NCBI GenBank assembly: GCA_052390515.1
Contig: JBQTGV010000140.1
Location: 1 to 15,949, forward strand
Source: Candidatus Eiseniibacteriota bacterium
GTDB taxonomy: Bacteria > ARS69
Length of the DNA: 15,949 nt
Direction of reading: 5' to 3'
This document shows positions 8,982 to 15,949 of the stretch, one piece after another. Below the pieces are notes generated by a model, which was given only the letters and a program-made list of their open reading frames with translations, did not search any database and was not told the origin of the DNA. The position numbers and the translations under genes were made by a program. Within the stretch, counting starts at the first letter, position 1. Every line of letters begins with the position of its first letter.

Positions 8982-9019
8982 CGCGGCACCTCCCGTTGTT
9001 CCTGCTCCGGAGTGGAGCG

Positions 9020-12000
9020 TCAATCCGCGATCCTCATTCGGCCGGGGCTGGCCCCCGGCCGGTTTCCGTCGAGCCGCAAGCCCACCACGATCGGCGCGGC
9101 GATGGTCTTCACGCTGCCGCCGTCGAGGGCCACCGCCCTCGCGTGGCAGATGTACACGCCCGGGTCCACCACGGACCCGCTCTGATCCCTGCCGTCCCAC
9201 TCGAAAGCCATCTCGCCGAGCCCGACGCCGTCGTACAGCGTGGTGATCTTGCGGCCGACCGCATCGTAGATCTCCACGATGATGTCGCTGCGCCGCGGGG
9301 ATCGGGCGAGGATGTCGATGGTCTCTCCCAGATCCGGGACGAGCACGCGCTTCTCCACCTGCACCGAGGGTCCATCGGACGCGAAGCTGCCGTCCACCTC
9401 GAAGATCGCGTCCTGGTTCTGGGGAACGAGCTCGTACCCCGAGAGGAAGGGTTCGGTGGCGTCGAACTGGGTGAGGACGCCGGTCACGTCGAGGCGGTCA
9501 CCCACGGTGAAGCGCGTCAGATCCAGCGAAGAGAAGTTCTGGAACACCTGCACCGAGCCGCTCCCGTCGTCGATCCAGGCGGCCAGCGCGTTCGCGTTGA
9601 TGACCGTCCCCTCGGTGTGCACCAGGGTCCCCTCCAGCCGCTCGTCGTTCGCCGCCGCGGTGCTCACCTCGATGGGCGCGGGCCCGGCGCCTGCCACGAT
9701 GACCAGCTCGTAGAATCCGATGTCGCCCACGATGCCGGCCACCTCGGTGACCGAGCCGGACCCGGAGGACGCGGACACGAACTCCGTGACCACTCCGCGG
9801 ACGCGGACGAAATGGTTCAGCTGCACGCCGAACTCGCGGACGTCGGCGAACTCCAGCTGGAAGTCGGCCGCACCCGTCGGCAGGAACGAGAACACGTTCA
9901 CGCCGCATCCTCCCGGCTCCTGCACCCAGATGCTGACCCGGTCGGTCGGCGGCGGGGCTCCCGGCGCGGAAGCCGGGATGTCGCCGAGCGTCACGAAGCC
10001 GGCGAAGACCACGGTCTCGCCCACGCGCGGAGAGAAACCCGACTCGTCGAACTGCTGCACGTCGCACACGGTCACCGCCTCGGCGGGAACGGTGAAGCCG
10101 GTCGATCCGCTGAACACGTTGCCGCCGGTCCCCCCGATCACGAGATCGGTGACGCCCGACACCGAGAGCGTCCCCGAGGCGGACGGCGGGATCGGGTCGG
10201 TCACGACGAGGTAGTGCCGCTGCGGAGCCTCGATGTCGCCGAACACTTCCCGGACGGCGTAGCTCTGACCGCCGGCGACGACGGAGTAGTTCCCTGGCGC
10301 CGTGGCGGTCGCCTCGTCGACCGGCTCGTCGTAGCGGATCTCGATGACCGAGGCGGAGAGACCCAGCGTCGCGCTGGCCACGAATCCCGGAGGCACCGTG
10401 TCCCCGGGCACGTTCGCCGCTCCGGGCGTGGCCACCGACGCCGGCAGGAAGTCGGCGAGCGAGGAGCCCGTGTCCGACGACGAGGCGCTGCGCCCGAGCG
10501 AGTGGCCCGGCTTCGGCGGACCGAAGGGGTACGCGTCATCCGCTCCGGTCAGCGGTCCCGTGCACAGGTCCCCGGCGCAGGGTCCGATCTCCCGGTACTC
10601 CACCGCGTCGATCACCGTGCCCAGCACGTCGCGGAGCACGAGCACCTCGGCGAAGGGAACGATGCGGCCCGGGACGTTGGGCGATTCGCACTGCCCGCCG
10701 TTCGTGACCACGCCGCCGAGCAGCCCGATCTGGTCGTCGACTGCCGCGTGGGGATCGAGCAGGGTCATGTTGGGTGTCGCGGGGTCGTCGGCGGCCGCGG
10801 AGTTGTCCCCCAGCGGCGCGGCGGACGGCGACTCCAGGTCGAACATCTCGACGAGCGCGCCGGTGAAGCCCGGGAAGGAGACGCGAAATCCTCGGTCGTC
10901 GGCCGGGTTCCCGGGGTTGTTCGGATCGAGCGCCGTTCGGGCGACGACGAGGTAGCCGCCGGCTGGAAGCACCGTGCCGGACGGGAACGCCCAACGCGAG
11001 TCCAGCGTGCACCCCTCGCTCCGGCCCACGTCGGTGAGCGTCCACCCGGAGACGTCGAGGTCCACGGTCGTCCGATTGTACAGCTCCACGAACTCGGACT
11101 CGTCGCTGGTGTCGTTCGGGTTGGCCGAGACGGGCAGCAGCTCGTTGATGACCACGTCGCCCGGGCTCGCTCCGGTGACCACGTTGACAACGGGAGGGGC
11201 GGCGATCGGCGACGGCGTGCCGCCGAGGGTCGCCGTGCGCACGGGGAACGCGGACACGCCGGGATTCACCGGGGACGAGAGGTTCATGACGGTGAGGGTC
11301 CCGGAGGCCGCCGCGGTGACCGCGGCACCGGTGATGCGGATCGTGGGCGGCGCCCCCGGAACGACGCCCGCGGCGGCCGCGCCGAAGCCCGCGCCGCCGA
11401 GCGCGACGTCCGTCACAGACTGCGTCCATCCCCACGCCACCGGCACGTCCAGCTCGATCGTCTCCAGCGTGGCGACCTGGCCGGTGAAGGTGAAGTTCAG
11501 CGTCACGCCGGTCGCGTCCTCGGGAACGGAGGGCGGGCTCACGGTGGCCGTCCCCGAGCCGTCGCCGCGCACCAGATCGGCGAGCGACGTCGGCCAGACG
11601 AAGTGCGAGTCGTTGAAGGGCGGCGCGTCGTCCTGGGCGACGAACCCGATCAAGTCGAAGGCGGCGCTCGGCGGTGCGGAACCGTCGAGATCCGTCTCGT
11701 CGTCGACGTACATCCGGAAGGTGGAGACGCCGTCGGTCACGTTCACGAACGCGGAAGCACCCGCCGCCGGCCACGCGCCGGGGTTCACGATGGTGAGCGC
11801 GTTGATCCGCACGCGCGTCCCCTCCCACGCGGCGCCGTTCGTCACGATGTCGGCGGCGGTGACGACGACCGGCGCGGCCGTCGCGCCCGAGCCGATCACC
11901 GTGACCGTGCCCCCGAAGCCGAGGTCGAGCGTCCTCGTTCCGCGGATCGGCGCCGCGCCCTGCGTGAACACGGTCGAGGTGACGCTCACGCTGTCGCCGG

Positions 12001-12325
12001 GCGCCACCGCCGTGCCGATCGAGCCGGGACGGGCGATGGCGAGACCCCCGGTTCCGTCGGAGACGTAGAACCAAGCCGACGCGCCCGCCTGATCGAACGG
12101 ATCGAGGCGCCCGGTCCCGACCTGGACGACGCCCTGGATGTCCACGGTGAAGAACTCGAGCGGCGAGAACCCGCTCGCGTTGTTCGCGTTGATCTGGGAG
12201 ATCGGCGTCGTTCCGGCGATGCGTCCGAGCGGCGCGTCCGGCACCTCGCGGCCGCCGTAGGTCCGCGCCGCCGCCGGACTCGCCGCGGCGAGCATCCAGG
12301 CCAGGAGCAGCACAGCGCGTCTCAT
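9020..12325 (-). CDS. Large secreted protein: OB-fold pair, Ig-like, LTD, Ig-like, OB-fold pair, FlgD-Ig/T9SS-CTD-like tail (1101 aa)
   Basis: True start is ATG 12325, in an ATGA overlap with the upstream stop, giving signal peptide MRRAVLLLAWMLAAASPAAA. OB motifs FYVSDGTGG...PGDSVSVT, WEGTRVRI, RLEGTLVH and VGDRLDVTGVLTQFD...YELVPQ. LTD DVVINELL...EFVELYN...DVSGWTL. Tail VEIYDAVGRKITTL...WDGRDQSGSVVDPGVYI. Confidence 0.88.
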   Translation of the reverse strand: MRRAVLLLAWMLAAASPAAARTYGGREVPDAPLGRIAGTTPISQINANNASGFSPLEFFTVDIQGVVQVGTGRLDPFDQAGASAWFYVSDGTGGLAIARPGSIGTAVAPGDSVSVTSTVFTQGAAPIRGTRTLDLGFGGTVTVIGSGATAAPVVVTAADIVTNGAAWEGTRVRINALTIVNPGAWPAAGASAFVNVTDGVSTFRMYVDDETDLDGSAPPSAAFDLIGFVAQDDAPPFNDSHFVWPTSLADLVRGDGSGTATVSPPSVPEDATGVTLNFTFTGQVATLETIELDVPVAWGWTQSVTDVALGGAGFGAAAAGVVPGAPPTIRITGAAVTAAASGTLTVMNLSSPVNPGVSAFPVRTATLGGTPSPIAAPPVVNVVTGASPGDVVINELLPVSANPNDTSDESEFVELYNRTTVDLDVSGWTLTDVGRSEGCTLDSRWAFPSGTVLPAGGYLVVARTALDPNNPGNPADDRGFRVSFPGFTGALVEMFDLESPSAAPLGDNSAAADDPATPNMTLLDPHAAVDDQIGLLGGVVTNGGQCESPNVPGRIVPFAEVLVLRDVLGTVIDAVEYREIGPCAGDLCTGPLTGADDAYPFGPPKPGHSLGRSASSSDTGSSLADFLPASVATPGAANVPGDTVPPGFVASATLGLSASVIEIRYDEPVDEATATAPGNYSVVAGGQSYAVREVFGDIEAPQRHYLVVTDPIPPSASGTLSVSGVTDLVIGGTGGNVFSGSTGFTVPAEAVTVCDVQQFDESGFSPRVGETVVFAGFVTLGDIPASAPGAPPPTDRVSIWVQEPGGCGVNVFSFLPTGAADFQLEFADVREFGVQLNHFVRVRGVVTEFVSASSGSGSVTEVAGIVGDIGFYELVIVAGAGPAPIEVSTAAANDERLEGTLVHTEGTVINANALAAWIDDGSGSVQVFQNFSSLDLTRFTVGDRLDVTGVLTQFDATEPFLSGYELVPQNQDAIFEVDGSFASDGPSVQVEKRVLVPDLGETIDILARSPRRSDIIVEIYDAVGRKITTLYDGVGLGEMAFEWDGRDQSGSVVDPGVYICHARAVALDGGSVKTIAAPIVVGLRLDGNRPGASPGRMRIAD

Positions 12326-13839
12326 CGCAGGGCGCCCTCCGCCGCCGCGGCGATGACCACCGGAGCCGTCGTCGCGTCGCCCGTGCCGGGAATGGTCAGG
12401 TGCAGGATGTACAGGCCCGCGGGCAGGCGGCGGCGAAGATGGTCGCGGCCGTCCCAGCGGATGGTGCGCAGCCCGCCCTCCGGCGCCACCTCCTCGGCGA
12501 GGACGAAGAGCTCGCGTCCCTCGACGTCGTAGAGGCGCAGCAGCACGTTCTCGCCCTGCGGCGCGACGTAGCGGATCTCCACCTGGCCGTCGAGGTGCGG
12601 CACGAAGGGCCGCTTGGGCACGGTGAGGTCGAGGCCCGGGCCGGGGTTGAATCCGCGGAAGAAGACGCGGCTTCCCGGAGCCACCTCCTCGGCGAGGTCC
12701 TCGGTGAGCACCCCGCGCGCCCGCAGCTCGTAGAACGCGAGCGGCACGAGCGCCTCCGTGCCGAGCCCGACGGTCAGCGCGTCGTCGCCGAGCGCAGCGG
12801 AGCGCACCGCGACGGGCACGCCGGTCACCTGCCCCGCCGGGGACTGCAGCTCGATCAGCGTGTAGTTGGACGGAGTTCCCGCGGACCCGGCATCCAGCGC
12901 GCGAGAGAACTCGACCTCCACCAGCGCCGCCTCGACGGCGCGCGCCGCGACCAGCGCCGGCGGGCCGAACGGCCCCGGCGTGCCGATGGAATGCTCCGTG
13001 TCCGGCAGCCAGGTCGCGGAGAGATTCTCGCTCGTCTCGTCGTGCCCGGCGATCCCGTTCCCCCCGCTCGCCGTCTCGGTTCCCTCGGTGAAGTCCGCGC
13101 GCGTCACCGTCCGGCCGAAGGCGTGCACGCCGTTGTCCGCCAGGTCCTGGCCTTGAGGCGCCGTGTCGGGCAGGTACACCGAACTGGTGTTGTCCGCATC
13201 GGGACCCTCGACGGCCACGCCCGACTTGTTCGGCGACACGGTGTTGAACACCGGGCCGGCGTCGCTCCACTGGACGATGTCGACGTCCTGGACGAGGTCG
13301 CTCTGGCCGTCCCAGAAGAACAGCACGATGGTCTCGCGCGCGTTCGACAAGCCGGCCTCGGACTGGATGTAAGGAGTGCCGACGATCTGCGGACCCGGAT
13401 CGATCATCGCCGGCACGCCGTCGCCCGTGCCGTCGTCGACCAGTTCGAAGTCCGGAACGGGCAGTCCGGGCCAGGACCCGCTGAACGCCAGATCGTCGTG
13501 GATGGAGATCACCATGGTCTCGCCCGGCCCGATCGTGGTGCCGTCGGGGAAGCGCGCCAGGAAGTCGTTCGGGAACGCCGGGTCGGGCTGCAGCCCACCG
13601 TCCACCAGCCGCCAGTAGTTGCTCGTGGGGTCGCTGGCCAGGACGAAGTCGGACACGTAATAGTGCGAAAGCTCGATCACGTCCGCGGTCGGGTTGTAGA
13701 TCTCCACGAACTCCGCGTCGGTCGGAGTCACCGCGTACTCGCTGAGCAGCAGGTGATCCTGCGCGGCCGAAGGCGACGCCAGCGTCCCGGCCGCGAGCCA
13801 CGCCAGGCTCGTCACGCACGGGCCGGGGATTCGTCGCAA
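12322..13839 (-). CDS. Secreted LTD + Ig-like + FlgD-Ig/T9SS-CTD-like protein (about 505 aa)
   Basis: Start revised to TTG 13839 (AGGAG 6 nt upstream, then signal peptide ...LASPSAA|Q). LTD LLLSEYAVTPTDAEFVEIYNPT...FPDGTTIGPGE...GLSNARETIVL. Ig-like VEVEFSRALDAGSA...NYTL. Tail LRLYDVEGREL...WDGRDHLRRRLPAGLYIL. Confidence 0.87.
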   Translation of the reverse strand: MRRIPGPCVTSLAWLAAGTLASPSAAQDHLLLSEYAVTPTDAEFVEIYNPTADVIELSHYYVSDFVLASDPTSNYWRLVDGGLQPDPAFPNDFLARFPDGTTIGPGETMVISIHDDLAFSGSWPGLPVPDFELVDDGTGDGVPAMIDPGPQIVGTPYIQSEAGLSNARETIVLFFWDGQSDLVQDVDIVQWSDAGPVFNTVSPNKSGVAVEGPDADNTSSVYLPDTAPQGQDLADNGVHAFGRTVTRADFTEGTETASGGNGIAGHDETSENLSATWLPDTEHSIGTPGPFGPPALVAARAVEAALVEVEFSRALDAGSAGTPSNYTLIELQSPAGQVTGVPVAVRSAALGDDALTVGLGTEALVPLAFYELRARGVLTEDLAEEVAPGSRVFFRGFNPGPGLDLTVPKRPFVPHLDGQVEIRYVAPQGENVLLRLYDVEGRELFVLAEEVAPEGGLRTIRWDGRDHLRRRLPAGLYILHLTIPGTGDATTAPVVIAAAAEGALR

Positions 13840-13900
13840 AGCCTTCTCCTGCGGCGTCACGCGGGGGGGAACTCCGGGAGGGTCCCGAGCGGAGCAGATC

Positions 13901-13929
13901 CGTGTAGCATGCGACCCGGGCGAAGTCAA
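13901..13929 (-). promoter_or_regulatory. Candidate sigma70-type internal promoter
   Basis: Minus strand TTGACT (13929-13924), 17 nt spacer ending TGC, then TACACG (13906-13901), in the 112-nt gap before the LTD gene. The -10 lacks the conserved final T. Confidence 0.5.
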
Positions 13930-13951
13930 CCGAGCGGCCCGTCTCTCCCGC

Positions 13952-15277
13952 TCAGGCTCCGGCGAGAGCGGCGTTCGCCTTCTCCGCGGCGGAGCGAAGC
14001 GCCTCGGCCGGCTCCATTCGACCGCGCAGCACCGGCTCGATGGCCTCGCGCTCCAGGATGTCCCGGCCGGCGTACCAGCCCTTCGCCTTGGGCTGCGGCA
14101 GGGCCCGATCGAGTTGCGCGTACGCCTCGCGGAGACCGGGGTGAGCGTCGAGCTTCGCGGCGAGCACCGGGTGCTGCATCGCCGACTTGCGAACCGGCAG
14201 GTAGCCGGTCTCCGCCGCCCATCGGGCGGTCTGCGGCGTATCGGTGAACCACTTCACGAAGCGCCAGGCGCGGGCCCGGCGCTCCGGCGTGGAGGCGAAC
14301 ACGACGACGTCGGTTCCGGCGACGAGCTGCGTGTCCCGCTTCCCCGCCGGCAACGGCGCCACACCCAAGTCGAACGTGTACTTCCCTTCCAGGAACGCGA
14401 TGCTCACCGAGCTTCCCTCGATCATGGCCACGTTCCCGGCCAGGAACTCGTTCTGGTACTCGAATCCCTGCGAAAGGAGCGTCGTTCCGTCGCGCAGCAG
14501 GAGATCCGTCATGAACTCCAGCGCCTCGATCCCCTCGGGCGAATCGAACGCGGCGCGCTGCTCGGCGGCGTCGAGCAGGCTGCCGCCGTTCTGGACGATG
14601 AGGTTCTCGAACATCGTGACCGTGATCTGGCTTCCGAGACCCCAGCGGTCGACCTTCCCGTCGCCGTCGCGGTCCGCGGAGAGCTTCCTGGCCGTCTCCC
14701 GGTACTCGCCCCACGTGCGCGGCGGCTGTTCCGGATCCAGCCCCGCCTCGCGGAACGCGTCCTTGTTGTAATAGAGGCAGCGCACCGACTTGTTGAACGG
14801 GAACGCCCAGAGCACTCCGTCCTGGGTCGCTCCGTGCAGGAAGATCTCGTGGATGTCGGCCAGGCTCTCGGCGGAGAGGCCCGCGCTCCCGGCGAGCATC
14901 TCGCTGAAGGGAGCGAGAGACGCGTTGGCGATCAGGTTCGCCGTCCAGGCCTCGTAGCACTGCGCGACGTCCGGTGGCCCGCCCGCCGCCACCGCGGCCA
15001 TCAGCTTCTGCGACAACGCCTCGTACTGTCCCATCGAGACGCTCTCGATCGCGCCTTCGCCGAGCGCGTTGTACTCGCCGACCAGTCCCTCGAGGGAACG
15101 GCCCAGCGGCCCACCCATCGCGTGCCAGAAGCGCACCGGCTCCGCGGGCGGATCGGCGGCGCCGCCGCACGAGGCGAGGGCGGCGGACAGGGTGATGACG
15201 GCGGACCGGGCGATGGCAGCCGACCGACCGATGGCCGTGGACGGGGCGATGACGGCGAAGCGTGACGTTCGTTTCAC
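13952..15277 (-). CDS. ABC transporter solute-binding lipoprotein, family 1, UgpB-like
   Basis: Lipobox LASC (Cys37). FWHAMGG and [30 protein letters not shown] resemble E. coli UgpB motifs as I recall them ([37 protein letters not shown]). C-terminal AWRFVKWF...[14 protein letters not shown]. Confidence 0.92.
   Translation of the reverse strand: [441 protein letters not shown]
15167..15256 (-). repeat. Five degenerate 18-bp tandem units inside the SBP signal peptide
   Basis: GCCGTCATCGCCCCGTCC / ACGGCCATCGGTCGGTCG / GCTGCCATCGCCCGGTCC / GCCGTCATCACCCTGTCC / GCCGCCCTCGCCTCGTGC, encoding [30 protein letters not shown]. Confidence 0.65.
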
Positions 15278-15281
15278 GGGG

Positions 15282-15949
15282 TCACCCCTTGAGCCCGGTG
15301 TGGGTCAGGCTCTCGATGATCTGTCTCTGGGCGAAGAAGTACGCCACCAGGAGCGGCGCGATCGAGAACATCGCGGCGGCCATCATCAGGCCGTGCTCCG
15401 TCCCCTGGGACTGCGCGAAGTAGGCGAGCCCGACCTGGATCGGGCGGATCGAGTCCGAGTTGGTCATCACCAGCGGCCACAGGAAGCTGTTCCACGTGTT
15501 GATGAACGTGAACAGGCACACCGTGGTCACCGCCGCCCGCGAGAGCGGGAGGATCATCGAGAAGATGAAGCGCACCGGCCCGCAGCCGTCGATGACCGCG
15601 GCGTCCACGAGGTCCCGCGGGAACGACAGGAAGTGCTGCCGGAGCAGGAAGATGGAGAACACGTGGGCGAGCCAGGGCACGATGAGCGCGGAGTAGTCGT
15701 TGATCCACCCGTCGCTGCCGCCGCCGGGAAGGTTGTACAGCAGGATGTACGAGGAGATGATGTAGACCGGCTCGGGGACCATCATGGTGGACAGGAACGC
15801 GTTGAAGATGCCTTCGCGCCCGCGGAACCGGAGGAACGCGAAGGCGAACGCCGCGAGGCTCGACGTGACCACCACCCCGCCGACGATGCAGCCGGCCACG
15901 AACACGGTGTTCCAGAAGTACCGCGGGAAGGGCCCCGTGCCCCAGGCCT
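15282..15949 (-). CDS. CUT1 (UgpE/MalG-like) ABC transporter permease; 5'-partial
   Basis: The frame stays open to the window edge (AWGTGPFPRYFWNTVFVA...). EAA loop FLLRQHFLSFPRDLVDAAVIDGC and motif FINTWNSFLWPLV, with several hydrophobic helices. Confidence 0.94.
   Translation of the reverse strand, partial: AWGTGPFPRYFWNTVFVAGCIVGGVVVTSSLAAFAFAFLRFRGREGIFNAFLSTMMVPEPVYIISSYILLYNLPGGGSDGWINDYSALIVPWLAHVFSIFLLRQHFLSFPRDLVDAAVIDGCGPVRFIFSMILPLSRAAVTTVCLFTFINTWNSFLWPLVMTNSDSIRPIQVGLAYFAQSQGTEHGLMMAAAMFSIAPLLVAYFFAQRQIIESLTHTGLKG

Noticed and set aside
8982-9200. ORF-track start at 9200 for the PorV-like gene
   Set aside because: It overlaps the upstream gene by about 180 nt with low-complexity sequence. 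TTG 8981 has a good SD and signal peptide.
9020-9373. FlgD-like domains as evidence of flagellar genes
   Set aside because: They are C-terminal tails on Sec-signal proteins next to a PorV-like barrel, and no flagellar genes are present.
8528-12532. Long plus-strand ORFs (1334 aa here; also 5317..8124, 2686..4257, 12400..14247, 4374..5627, 14114..15265)
   Set aside because: They are antisense shadows of well-supported minus-strand genes, explained by GC-rich codon bias, and have no recognisable motifs.
12326-13819. 498-aa N-terminal extension of the 1599-aa ORF overlapping the upstream LTD gene (possible overlapping gene or frameshift fusion)
   Set aside because: It is Arg/Gly/Ala-rich off-frame sequence typical of high-GC DNA. 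A clean signal peptide starts at ATG 12325 in an ATGA overlap, and no slippery site was seen.
13840-13929. ORF-track start at 13929 for the small LTD protein
   Set aside because: That TTG coincides with the candidate -35 box and gives a Pro-rich non-signal N-terminus. TTG 13839 has AGGAG and a signal peptide.
1-15949. CRISPR arrays, tRNA/rRNA, IS elements, integrases or defence systems
   Set aside because: No spaced direct repeats, RNA-gene signatures or transposase/recombinase motifs were seen. Nearly all sequence is accounted for by the nine CDSs.

Overview
High-GC (roughly 70% by eye) bacterial DNA carrying nine co-oriented minus-strand genes, the first and last cut by the window edges. 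In transcription order (right to left): a CUT1 ABC permease; a UgpB-like lipoprotein solute-binding protein; two secreted lamin-tail-domain (LTD) proteins ending in FlgD-Ig/T9SS-CTD-like domains, the larger also carrying two OB-fold pairs of the YhcR/ExeM type; a PorV/PorQ-like barrel; a protein with two ComEA-type helix-hairpin-helix modules fused to a probable beta-barrel; a FadL/OmpP1-like barrel; a secreted UshA-type 5'-nucleotidase; and a third LTD/Ig/OB-fold protein (1..2367) that the ORF track misses because its stop lies outside the window. The envelope proteins imply a diderm, possibly a high-GC FCB-group lineage (inference). The best hypothesis is a locus for capturing and using extracellular nucleic acids or nucleotides, with T9SS-like display of surface binding proteins. 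No nuclease catalytic domain is visible in the window. No RNA genes, CRISPR arrays or mobile elements were seen. All family assignments come from motif recognition by eye, not database searches.
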